A DNA stretch of 64,000 nucleotides from Antedon mediterranea (lineage: Eukaryota > Animalia > Echinodermata). The translations under genes were made by a program, and so were the position numbers. The stretch is from assembly GCF_964355755.1 (NCBI RefSeq), contig NC_092675.1, forward strand, positions 4,211,812 through 4,275,811. The letters are read 5' to 3'. The notes under the pieces were generated by a model, which ran no database searches, was not told the DNA's origin, and was given only the letters and a program-made list of their open reading frames with translations. Position 1 is the first letter of the stretch. Every line of letters starts with the position of its first letter. Shown piece by piece: positions 1 to 12,050 of this stretch.

Positions 1-215
1 ACTATCTTAATTTAATAGCTTAAATTTGTTGAATATTTTTCAACAGTACACTCATATTTTATTTATTCTGTATTGTACTTCATCCTCACCGTACAGTGAC
101 CATATGTCACCATTAACAGGGCTTATAGACATAAAATATAATTGAATCCTATAGTGCTTGTAACAATATTTTAATATAGGCATTAAGAATGGTTATTTTT
201 TATATACTTGCATAG

Positions 216-3200
216 TGTGTGCCATATTTGGTATGTGCTGGTAGTGATTCTGAGGCTTCTATACGTATCAAGGCAGACCAACAGCTATCAGATATTGACA
301 GTCGCTATCCAGGCTTTATCCATGTAAGTATGCTTTTAGATTAATTGTAAACTAAAGGTAATAGTATTTTATTCTGGTTCTCAAGCTTAACTAACGGACC
401 CACAGCAGCCAGCAATGCTGTACATACCAGATCAGAACACCGGGAGACTATACTCTATTTGAATAATTTACCACCTTCTTTAACATACACTATATATGAA
501 ATAGTACATGCAAATCTATTCTCAAAATAGTGTTTTACCAATTATACTTGGTAAAAAAGATCTGAAAATGCATTTCTTTTTAATTTATTTATTCAATTTT
601 CTGTCATATACAATATAAAGAAGACAAAACAAATATAAAAGGCAAGGAAAGACCAAATACCTATGCTAGTTGGTCAACCCAGAACAGAGCACGGAAATAA
701 ACAAAAATAAACATATGTTTGGTTACCTTTTTTAAAAATTACATCCACGATTTATGATATTCCATTAATTTTATTATTAGATGAAAGCTATAGCTGGTAT
801 TAGGACAGCACTTAGGCTACAAAAGTTATTGAATGGTCATCGGAAGGAGCCACTGAGGGGCATGCGGGTACAAGAGAATGTGGTTAGCCTTTGTACGCAT
901 CTTTACTCCATGATTAGGAGCCATCGGCAACATAGAAGAGCCTTGTTACTATCATTATTACATCTCTATGATGAAAGTGCAGTAAGTTTTGTTCCCGTTA
1001 TTTTGTATTTTTATTGCATACTTCAGTATATCAACATATCTGTATATAAATGTTTACATCAAACCATTCATGAATACATGTATGACATTTCGAATTGTTT
1101 TCAACAAATCTTTATCAAAAGGATTTACATTGGAGAATACAATTGACATTAATATCTAAGCATAGTTCACAACTGTGATCATACCCTACCAAAAGAAAAT
1201 AATTCAATCCTTCTTTCAATCCAATCTTTATTGTTAATCTTTCATTGTAAAACCCTTCTATAATCAATTCAGTTGTGTAGTATTATGTTGTGCAAAGGCC
1301 CATTGAAAACTAAGAATTGAACAGTTTTAAAGTTTCATTCTATTTGTTTGTTTCTTATCTATTATATATATATTTACTATATATAATTGACAATTTTAAT
1401 TTTAAATATATAACGTGGTAAAAACATAACAATTGGTTGTTTCTCAAATTTTGATAACATTATATCTTTAAAAGGAAGAATCACGACATTTGATTATCTT
1501 AAACACTGTCCAAAATACACATTTTTCAAGCCTGGTTAGAAAGATGAATTTGTGCCGCATGAGGGCTGGGCTCTACGTCATCATGGGGTGGGCTGCGGGG
1601 TGTGGCATGGGAAATTTGATACGTCCGCGTGGTGTATGTGTCCTTTCGCTTTTTAGCATCCATCCGGAGTAGACGTGTTTAAAGATTTTTTGTCCAAAAA
1701 AACATATGTTCATTTTAAATATTTATTTATTTATTTTTCTTCAGAAAACGGATTTGGAAACGTTAGTGTTTGTTGCTGACAACCTATCATACTTTCCATA
1801 TCAAACGCAAGATGAACCACTATTTATTATGCACCATATAGAACTCATAGTCTCCGTGTCGGGCGGAAATCTACTACAGTCTTTCAAAGAGGTAATGACA
1901 TTGTTTTTAATACCGATGATAAATTGTTATTATCCCCTTGATTAAAATATTAATTATATTATAACCATGTTTAGGTTTAAAAGGTGAATGTACTTACTAT
2001 ATTTTAAGGAGTGTCTGTATACCATTACTTTTTATTGCAATTTAAAATCATAAATTGAAGTAAGCATAATAATATTAAAATATGTATATCGTTCTTCTAC
2101 AATAAAAATAATATTATTTTACTATAGATAAAAGCTCTTAAATGATTGAATTCTAGTATTCATATTTATATTAGATATCTTCAAATGATTGGAAGTAAAG
2201 GAAAATGTTGTGTGTTGTTTAGATTAACAAAATAATTAAATGGATTCCAATCACAAACTGTGGGCCTTAAGGGACCAATTAAATAGGTGTTAACCCCACA
2301 TTCTCCCCCTTCTCCGCTGAATTCCAAAATACCATAAAGATTCCTCACAGGGGCTAAAATATAATCTCTATTCTCAATTGTATCATAAATCTATTGGCTA
2401 GTTCCAGTTTGTATTGGGTATAGCATCTCATGTGACAATATGCCTAATGAAATAGACACAGATACATTATTTACAGGAGAAGATTGTAAATTGTATCAAC
2501 ATGATTGATGGCTTGAGCCACTCTTAAAACATACGGCATTCTATATATTATTATACAGATATTAACTGCTTAGAGGTTAAATATAAGATTTGACATCCCC
2601 GAGGGAATGATATTAAGTTCGAGGGAATATATATTTCCCGAAGCGCCAGCTGAGGGAAATATATATTCCCCGAGAACTTAATATCATTCCCTCGGGGATG
2701 TCAAATCTTATATTTAACCGATATAAAAGGCAATATCTGTTATATTATATAGCCAAGAACAAGTCTGCTGGGTTGGGTGAAGCTAGGCTAGGCCTCCTAT
2801 AGTATTTGTATTATATTTAAAACAAGCCTGCCTAGACACCTTACCTTGCGAAGAATAATATACAGATAATTACTAATTAATGATTCCTTGGCAATAAAAT
2901 ATTCACTTAGGCCTAGGTCGTTTAAATTAACAGAAGAATTTCCATCAAGAAGCTTATTAATAATAATATTATAATCAGGTAGGCCGAATAAACAATTCGT
3001 CTTCTTCTCAATCTTCGAGGAGCCGAATCACCGGATGTTCAGCGCGTACTAGTTACTAGGTTACTACCGTGAGTATTGACCAATCACAAACGGTGTTTCA
3101 TCACATTTAGGGTGGACTTATAACAAATGAGGGCGCTATGTATGCATAGCTTAAATAGTTTAGAAGATTAATTTCTTCAAGCAAATTCCGTGGCCCAGCG

Positions 3201-6200
3201 GATGAAACGTTGTCTTGCGATGGAGTGACAATTCCACCCGAGTTCAAGGTCGAGTAGATGACTTTTGTTTATTTATCGGCAAACTCGAGTGTTGCACACG
3301 AAAATTACACAGTCAATATCATCGTACTCGAGAATTTATATGATTAATGACAGGGGACACGATTATTACGCGAAAATTACACAGTCAATATCATCGTTCT
3401 CGAGGATATATACGATTTACGATCCTCACAGCGGTAGTCATGTGATGCAGTTTCAACCAATCACGTTCGCGTATTTACATAGGCTATGTAATATAACAAA
3501 TTAATTAGTCCTATTACATATCAAATATCACTGTAGACTGAACTTTATTTTACACATGTACATTTCAGCTATGTTCATTTTTTCACCTTTAATTTAAAAA
3601 TGTCTACACTGTCAAACTATTTTGACAAAAAAAAGTGTTATGTTCCCAAATTTGTTTGTGATATGCCCAAATACGGAAGTGATATGACATCATCTTGTCC
3701 ATATATGGGCACATCACTTTTTTTTGGTCAAACTAGTTTGATAGTGTAGACAGAGCTTTAAATGTCAATCTCACACCAGTCCACACATATTGCACTACTG
3801 ATCTTTCCAGTGTTTTTAACATTTGCATGTAAGTGCCCTCTTTTGTAAGAGTATTAGGTTTATAATGTTTGGACATTGTGAATTGATGGGTAATAAAACA
3901 TTTTAAATGTATTTTCACTTAATAAATCAGTGTCAAAATATGTGTTAATTGTTTAGCACAACACTGGTATGATGGCATTTGATTTATAGGTCACGTGGTT
4001 TTTTTTTTCATTTAAAACTAAACGAAATTTCCTTTAACTTACACCAAAGTACGGAATAATATATTATTACAGAATAATTTATTAAGTAATTTGCTTTTTA
4101 CTACCATGTTCTATTTACCTGATAAACATTTTGAAGTGAAGAACCATAAACCATGTTTAGATGAGCTTTGAGATTCTTATGATAATTCAATAATAATGAT
4201 AATAATAATAATATGTGAATGCGTAACTTAATTATTAACTAAAAATTGTATTATTATTTGTATTTGTCAGGTTTTTTACCCACCCCCAGTCAAAGCTTCC
4301 TCCCCGCCACAACCAGCATCTCCATCTTTAAATACAGAACCCAAGTCACCAAAGTCGCCCCCATTACCAAAGGTACAACCTTTACGTGACTATTACGAAG
4401 AAGATGGCGAGGAAGATGTAGACGTACTAATAGGTAACAATTATTGCAGCCTAGTCTATACTTTAAGCTCTGTCTACGCTATCAAACTAGTTTTAATGCC
4501 TAAATATGGTAGTGATATGCTCATATATGGTAGTGATATGACATCATATCCATATGTGGGCACATCAAATTTGTTTGTCACATCAAGTTTGATAGATTAG
4601 ACAGATCTTTAGAATTATAGATTATGAATATAAAGTATTGCTGTGGGAATAAGAAAACATAAAAATATATTTTATGCAAAAGAATTTTGTGTGGATATAT
4701 TGAAAGCATGGCATGAATTTTTTATTATCGACCATTGATCTTAAGTTATAATACTATAAATTGTAACTAATTTTAAAAGATATTAAGTTGTATTAATTAC
4801 TATACGCAGCTTCAATTTAATTTCATTTACTAAACTTAAAAAAATATATATTTATGAATTTGTGTGGATTCTTGTATTACTATTATCCACCATTGATCTT
4901 AATTTTTAATACAGTAAATAAAGTAACTAGGCCTTATGTTAATAGATATTAAGTTGTACTGTATAACTATACTCTGCTTTAATTTAATTTCTTTTTAACA
5001 TTTACTAAACTTTAAAAGATGAAATTGTTCAATATAAATAACTATGTTTATCAATTTGTGTGGAATAATTTGTTATTATCCACCGTTGATCTCAATTTAT
5101 AATAATAAATAAACAGTAAATTTAAAGTAATATAAACGACTAAATTGAAATCTTTAATGTTTCATTTTTTAGAACACATTCCTGAAGATCCAATGGCGTT
5201 AATAGAATGCTGCCAAACAGCTCAAGGTATCATCTTGCTATTGGTACTAAAGCAACATCTTAAAGATCTGTTTGGTTTCAGGGATAAGTAAGTATTATTA
5301 ACATTAAAGATGTATTGTCCCCAAAAAAAACATTAAAAGTAAATCAAATCAGACTTTGAATATATTTTGTAGTTTTAATAAAGTTAACCACTTCAGATGG
5401 AAAAAAAAACGGAAAAAATAAATGTTTTAACTTATAAGATGACAAAATAAATAGTTAAATTCAACCAAAAACTTATTGGCTGGCAGCCAATTTGACTATG
5501 TTTTGCTTTAAATTACAGTTTTTTAGGATAAACATTTTTTTTTTCGATCCAAATTGTTGTCAAAGTGGATAACAAAGTGGTGACATTAAAATGGCATATT
5601 TAACAAAAAATATTTTTTCAGGGGGACAATATATCTTTAATAATCTGTAACATTTCTAGTTAACCTGTTATATCAGTGTGTTATATGGGTAACTATAAAT
5701 AAATAATTCATTTCATAGTATTATGTTATCATGTAAATTATTCAATCTCTATGAATCAGCTTTGTAGTTCATTTGATTTTATTCATGAGTTGAGGTTGTA
5801 ATTGTAAATGCGTAGGCCTCCATTTATAAGTGCTAAAAACAATTTACTTTTATCTGAATCATTTCAACTGTGTAATGTACCCTAAATAAGATGAAACCTT
5901 ATTTGATTTTATAACACAAATTGTTAATATCATTTAAAGTTAAAGGTTAAACGAAATACTATTTCACAATGTTAATACTTAACAGATAAAAAACCCCAAG
6001 ATATGCAATATGGAAATAGGAGTTGTCTTAGCTTTCATAATTTATTCATGTTTGGCCAATGTATATATTAATAGTAACTTACACCTTAGCATGTGTTGAG
6101 GGATTCCATAAACTAATTTATTGCAGATGATAGTGTAAGTTATGTCTGATATTGATGACTGCCATAGATAGTGTTCATGATGAATGCACATGTCATCTGA

Positions 6201-9200
6201 TTAATGCCTTTTCAATTAACCTTATGAACCCAAATCATATATTTTGAGATATAAAAAAGTTTAGAAATGAGTGAAATACACTTTCATTACCATATTTACC
6301 GCTAGACTGTATTAAATTTATCTTAATCCTACTTTTGCAAAATAGAATTGCTTTTATATCTCACCATAGATTAACAGGTTTAAATGGTTAGTAAATTTGT
6401 ATATTTTTCCCATATTCATGATGCAGTTATTAAAAGCCGATGAGTTAACAGAACCATTCAAAGCTTCTATCAAGATTTTTTATTTTTTTATTAAATGACA
6501 TATACTATATTTTAAATTATTGCCACCCACCATTTTTATCATTTAACATTATATTTATTTTGTTGCTAAAGACTAGAAATAATTGATATTTCCAGTATAT
6601 GTCACTGGACAGTTTGAAGTATCTCTGTTGCCTAAATTAATATATCTTTCTTCATAACTTTCTTTCCAGCACAATACACCGGTATTCACCTACAGAATCG
6701 GCCAAAGTTTATGATAAATCGTTGACACGAAAGAGTGGTATTGTTTTTAATCCAATTCGAGCCCTTGAAATCCTCAAGTTGGGTATTCCGAAATTACCAT
6801 TGAGTGAACAGGCTAAGAAAGACTTCGTAGAAGAGTACCTTGATGTAAGTATGAGATTGTTATGTTTTGTTGATGTCGGTTAAATTTCACTTTTTGGTCA
6901 ATTATACTCTAATTGTTCTCAATTTACACAATCAATCAATTGTTTAATTTGTAAATAATCAAATATACCAATACCAGACTCTCTGAAGTCTATCTCTCCA
7001 AAAAGTTCCAAATGGTCTAAATTCAATTTTTACCACTAAAACACATCAGCATACCAGAAAGTCTATAAAAGCAGACATATTAGACCAGCCTAAAGGTGTC
7101 CGATGTTGAGAGAGTATAGCACCTTTTCATCATGCCCATGGCACTGCCAAAAAACATCAGAACAGGTGATTTTTAAGTAGTGTCTTGAAGCTGTCCAATG
7201 ATGACAACTATTTAGTTTCAATTCTAAGTTGTCACGTTGTTATTAGTGGTTTCTAATAACCCAATGTTTTGTTATCATAGTTTAAGCAGCTAATGGAATT
7301 GGTCGATCCAGATGAGGATGAAGAGGAAGAAGAGGAGCGACCAGCATCAAAACAAGACAAGACACCACCCGCCGCTGTAGCAAACCAAACAGCGGAAACA
7401 AAGGTTGAAGGTGCTAGTGATGCAGAGGTAGTAGAAGTGGCTGTAGTAGGGGCAACAGACACAGCATCAAGGGATGATGTAACAAGCACACATGGGCCTA
7501 GGACACCAGTCTCTGCAAATGAGCAGGTATGCTTTGGTTGCCTAGTCATTTCTATAAACAGGAATTTTCTAGAACCACATAAATGTTTATGCAGCTATTT
7601 TGGTTGCGGCTATTTTTTGAGTCTAGGTCTATGCTAGAGGCTTCCTTAAATTGTACATATCAAAATGATCTCCCCTATCATTCTTTAAACCGATTTTTGG
7701 CTGATGATTTCGATTCGCGCGAACAATTAATCACCTAGTGTAAAATAGTTTAGTTGTTCTTTATCTTAATTTGATCAGCTTTTCCTTAAATAAGTGACTG
7801 TATATTTAAGTATTTGGGTAGTATTTTAACTTTACTTTAACATAACCTTACGCCTATCATTGTATACGGTAATCTATTTTTTTTTCATTTGTCTTACATG
7901 ATGGAATGTATATATAAAAACATAAATCTTTGCATTGAAATTACAAATTATAATTTATTTCTCACTATATAACTTCACATTAGCTCTAAGTTTGCACATG
8001 AATGACTTTATTTTCCTGAAAAAAATGTCCAAAACACAATGTCAACATAAATAAGTGGAGTCGTGGCTTAGTGGTTAAGATGCTCTGCTTCAGATCATAG
8101 AGTCCTGGGTGCAAATCTAAGATATGACAAAATCTTTTAATAATACTTTGTAAGCTGTTTATGTAGAGCATCATGTGTATCTGTTTGTTTTGTAAACAGG
8201 CTTGTCACCTCTGGACAGAAGTACAATGTACTTAATACCCATCTTCAATTTGTCTATAATTAATATAATAACAATCAAATATATCATGTATTCATATTTA
8301 AATATCATAGATTATTTCTAAGAATCTATATTGCTCAAGTCAAGTTCAGTAAACAAAAGTTGTGATCTCGTTTTACCAATTTCAAATTTGTGTTGAAAAA
8401 TCAATAAAAACAAAATTGCCAATCATTTTTGTAATTGTTAGTTTTTAGGGAAAAAACAGAAAGTTTAAAATTACTTAGGAAAATAAAGTTAAATTATTAT
8501 TTTCTTTTAGATATAAAATAATTTATTCATTAGCAAATGTCGTAAATGTTAATTACTTTTAGATTGGTATTATGCTAATTAAAATTGAGATAGCACACAT
8601 CACAACTAGAGTAGATTCTTTACACTATTCTATCACGTTGATAAAATTACATTATAGAAAAATCAATAATTACTTTATAGTATCAATTTACTGTCTGTGT
8701 TCATCCTGAAGATGTAGTCATCTGCTATTATCATTATAACATTACATGCCATGTACATACAAAAGAGGAAGAGGCGTGATTGCCACCAGAAAGTGCCTTC
8801 TTCAATGCATATCAATACACACACTGAAGCAAATTATTCACAAATTACTGTTTTACAGGCTTTTGTTTATTTTTATTTAATATTTTCAGACTTACTGGGC
8901 ACACCTAACAGTATTATATTATTCACCGATACAGTTGTCTTTATCAATTTGTACAGGCTTTTATTTATTTATTTTTATTTGATATTTTCAGACTTACTGG
9001 GTCACACCTATTAACACTATTATGTTATTCACAAATACAGTTGTCTTTATCAATTTGTACAAGCTTTTTTTTATTTAATATTTTCAGACTTACTGGGTCA
9101 CACCTATTAACACAGTTTATTATATTATTCCGAAATACAGTTGTTATTATCAATTTCTACAGGCTTTTATTTTTTTATTATTTAATATTTTCAGATTTAC

Positions 9201-11485
9201 TGGGGCACACCTACATTATTATATTATTCACAAATACGGTTGTCTTTATCAATTTGTACACGTTTTTATTTAAATTTCTATGGTATTTTCAGTCTTATAC
9301 ATCAAGATCAAGGAGTGGCAAACGAGTAAGAAGTACGTCAAAGACACCAAAACCAGTCAAGAAACCTGCCAACAAACCCAAGAAACGAAGAAAGAGAATA
9401 TCCTTTATTTACTTACTAAACACTTTCTCTTTGGCACACACCTTTTCAAGGGACACTTTCCTGTGAAAGGGATAACATATTTTAGTGCTATGGGCAACTA
9501 CTATACCCACTATACCCCTATTAAAGGGACACTTTCTTGTGAAAGGGATAACATATTTTAGTGCTATGGACAACTACTATACTCACTATACCCCTATTAA
9601 AGGGACACTTTCTTGTGAAAGGGATAACATATTTTAGTGCTATGGGCAACTACTATACCCACTATACCCCTATTAAAGGGACACTTTCCTGTGAAAGGGA
9701 TAACATATTTTAGTGCTATGGACAACTACTATACTCACTATACCCCTATTAAAGGGACACTTTCTTGTGAAAGGGACAATATATGTTTTAGTGCTATGGG
9801 CAACTACTATACCCACTATACCCCTATTAAAGGGACACTTTCTTGTGAAAGGGATAACATATTTTAGTGCTATGGGCAACTACTATACCCACTATACCCC
9901 TATTAAAGGGACACTTTCTTGTGAAAGGGATAACATATTTTAGTGCTATGGGCAACTACTATACCCACTATACCCCTATTAAAGGGACACTTTCTTGTGA
10001 AAGGGACAATATATGTTTTAGTGCTATGGACAACTACTATACCCACTATACCCCTATTAAAGGGACACTTTCTTGTGAAAGGGACAATATATGTTTTAGT
10101 GCTATGGGCAACTACTATACCCACTATACCCCTATTAAAGGGACACTTTCTTGTGAAAGGGACAATATATGTTTTAGTGCTATGGGCAACTACTATACTC
10201 ACTATACCCCTATTAAAGGGACACTTTCTTGTGAAAGGGACAATATATGTTTTAGTGCTATGGGCAACTACTATACTCGCTATACCCCTATTAAAGGGAC
10301 ACTTTCTTGTGAAAGGGACAATATATGTTTTAGTGCTATGGGCAACTACTATACCCTATACCCACTATACCCATATTAAGGAGACATTTTGTACAGTGTC
10401 GTCTTAATAGGATTAACCAGAGAAACACTGAAAATATTTTCTAAATTTATGTTAGCATTTACCTCAGATATACCTTGCTGAATTTTTTTTTTTTTGGTTA
10501 AATAATAGGAATGAAAGAATAGGAAATTAGCATATTTACACCACTAACACAAGCCACAAGTGATAGAGTTACAAGTTCATAGCACATAATAAGTACAATT
10601 ACATTTGACCGTTTGATTACGTAAAATATTTCTCTATTAACAAGTTACCTGATATTGAACATACAGTTTCCTGAATATGTATAATTTATATTTAATGATA
10701 TTTGATAATTGCTGTTTCTAATTCCCAAGAGTACATCATTAACACAAAGTAATACATTGCATTGACCATTTAATTACATGAAGTTATTAACATATTTTCC
10801 TTTAACAAGTAACCTGATATTAAACATACACTTTCCTAAATCTATAATTTATTGATAATTACATGCTGGTAGCACTGCTTACAGATATGATTAACACGTA
10901 AAACAAATTTGTCAAAATTATACGTGATTAGAAAGAATTTGAATCCAATGCCTTCATTTTGTCACTGATGTAATAGACAAACTTATGTCTTCATTTAATC
11001 AGTAAAATGAACTAGAAACATTTCGTACTTCTTCATGAAGTTATGCACTTTCAATTGTATCATTTATCCAAGTTGCGTCATACCTTATGAGTACCATGAC
11101 GCACTTGTGCGTCAAAAATGTGACTTACCTCTAGGTGACCCATGACACATCCATTTTGTCGCACTTTGACCATGTTGTTTATGATATGGTGGGTGGTAAA
11201 GTGACGGACATTGACACGCCATTGTTCATTGATGTGACTTACCATCTAGGTTTTTTGCCGCACCCCTGAGTCAGTAATTATTTGTAAATGACGTACCTCT
11301 CCCAGGGGTCGTATCGTGGGTCATACAATTGACAAGTGCATTGGTGGCAATATAATGTTGTTATTTTATGATTGGATTAAATTCAAGCATTATTCCTTAA
11401 CTTTTCATACTATTCTTATGAGGAGAGTGAAGAAGAAGAGGATGACGAAGACGATGAATCAGATGATCCAGATTTCATGGCATAA
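216..11485 (+). CDS. NIPBL: Nipped-B-like cohesin loader (NIPBL/Scc2), 5'-partial, last 9 coding exons: 216-323, 781-981, 1745-1891, 4271-4433, 5173-5287, 6670-6844, 7281-7526, 9293-9397, 11411-11485
   Basis: Exons join in phase (1335 nt, 444 aa plus stop) through GT-AG introns and a final AT-AC intron. Peptides CVPYLVCAGSDSEASIRIKADQQLSDIDSRYPGFIHMKAIAG, ADNLSYFPYQTQDEPLFIMHHIE..SVSGGNLLQSFKE, QGIILLLVLKQHLK, YSPTESAKVYDK and YLDFKQLMELVDPDEDEEEE match the NIPBL C-terminal region as I know it. The protein ends KKRRKR|YSYEESEEEEDDEDDESDDPDFMA*. Confidence 0.95.
2543..3500. mobile_element. Non-autonomous DNA-element-like insertion with a ~65-bp-arm hairpin and internal inverted termini
   Basis: 2575-2639 is the near-perfect reverse complement of 2654-2719 (loop GAAGCGCCAGCTGA). 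ATCTGTTATATTATATAGCC (2734-2753) is inverted at 3482-3501. CpG content is higher than in the flanks. Confidence 0.55.
3601..3760. mobile_element. MITE family A, copy 1
   Basis: TIR (AAGCTC)TGTCTACACTATCAAACT...AGTTTGATAGTGTAGACAGAGCTT. Five related copies occur in the window. Confidence 0.75.
4465..4609. mobile_element. MITE family A, copy 2
   Basis: AAGCTCTGTCTACGCTATCAAACT...AGTTTGATAGATTAGACAGATCTT, with the same internal ATATGGTAGTGATATG motifs. Confidence 0.75.
4683..5172 (+). repeat. Degenerate ~175-195 bp tandem triplication upstream of NIPBL exon 5173
   Basis: AATTT(T)GTGTGGA...TTATTATC(G/C)ACCATTGATCT recurs at about 4683, 4857 and 5053. Confidence 0.6.
5308..5636. mobile_element. 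Kolobok-like MITE with TTAA target duplication
   Basis: TTAA|AGATGTATTGTCCCC...GGGGACAATATATCT|TTAA. TTAA flanks plus TIRs starting with AG are typical of Kolobok elements. Confidence 0.7.
8055..8225 (+). mobile_element. tRNA-derived SINE (family 1)
   Basis: A-box-like GTGGCTTAGTGGTTAAG and degenerate B-box. The body TGTTTATGTAGAGCATC.TGTGTAT.TGTTTGT is shared with 31290-31470. Confidence 0.55.
8850..9292 (+). repeat. ~100-bp tandem repeat (4.5 copies) of the NIPBL 3' splice-site region
   Basis: TATTTTCAG|ACTTACTGGG-type junctions end at 8889, 8991, 9087 and 9194. The last TATTTTCAG (9292) is the in-frame acceptor. Confidence 0.85.
9447..10380 (+). repeat. 76/78-bp minisatellite, about 12 copies, inside the U12 intron
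   Basis: Unit AAGGGACACTTTCTTGTGAAAGGGA(TAACATAT/CAATATATGT)TTTAGTGCTATGGGCAACTACTATACCCACTATACCCCTATTA. Copies are near-identical with no unique spacers. Confidence 0.95.
11043..11341. mobile_element. MITE inside the U12 intron
   Basis: Imperfect TIRs ATGCACTTTCAATTGTAT...ATACAATTGACAAGTGCAT around a GC-richer interior. Confidence 0.55.
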
Positions 11486-11596
11486 ACAAGCGAGATCATG
11501 AAAGGACAAAAGTCAGAGGTTATGACATGCCAACCAAGTGAAAATCATCCCATGCTCTAATATGTAACAGACCATTGCAAGTCACCAAGAAATTTT

Positions 11597-12050
11597 TATC
11601 TTGATGCCTAAATATGTAGCCTGGTTATCGTGATGCCTGGATATGTAGCTTGGCTATCTAGATGCCTAGATATGTAGCCTGGCTATCTTGATGCCTAGAT
11701 ATGTAGCTTGGCTTTCTTGATGCCTAGATATGTAGCTTGGCTATCTTGATGCCTAGATCTGTAGCTTGGCTATCTAGATGCCTAGATATGTAGCTTGTCT
11801 ATCTTGATGCCTGGATATGTAGCTTGGCTATCTTGATGCCTGGATATGTAGCTTGGCTATCTTGGTGCCTAGATATGTAGCTTGGCTATCTTGATGCCTA
11901 GATATGTAGCTTGGCTATCTTGGTGCCTAGATATGTAGCTTGGCTATCTTGGTGCCTAGATATGTAGCTTGGCTATCTTGATGCCTAGATATGTAGCTTG
12001 GCTATCTTGATGCCTAGATATGTAGCTTGGCTATCTTGATGCCTAGATAC
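11597..12050 (+). repeat. 29-bp minisatellite, about 15 copies, in the probable NIPBL 3' UTR
   Basis: Unit ATGCCTAGATATGTAGCTTGGCTATCTTG, starting about 110 nt after the stop codon. Confidence 0.95.

Larger units (their letters stand above)
9398..11410 (+). other. U12-type (minor spliceosome) AT-AC intron, last intron of NIPBL
   Basis: 5' splice site ATATCCTTT at 9398. Branch box TTCCTTAAC at 11393-11401. 3' end CATAC at 11410. Removing it fuses the basic and acidic halves of the C-terminal tail in frame (phase 0). Confidence 0.92.

Noticed and set aside
7253-7549. 98-aa minus-strand ORF
   Set aside because: Antisense shadow of NIPBL exon 7281-7526.
9280-10407. Overlapping ORFs up to 170 aa (MGNYYTHYTPIKGTLSCERDN repeats) and a CRISPR-like appearance
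   Set aside because: They are translations of a 76/78-bp intronic minisatellite. There are no unique spacers or cas genes, and the context is eukaryotic.
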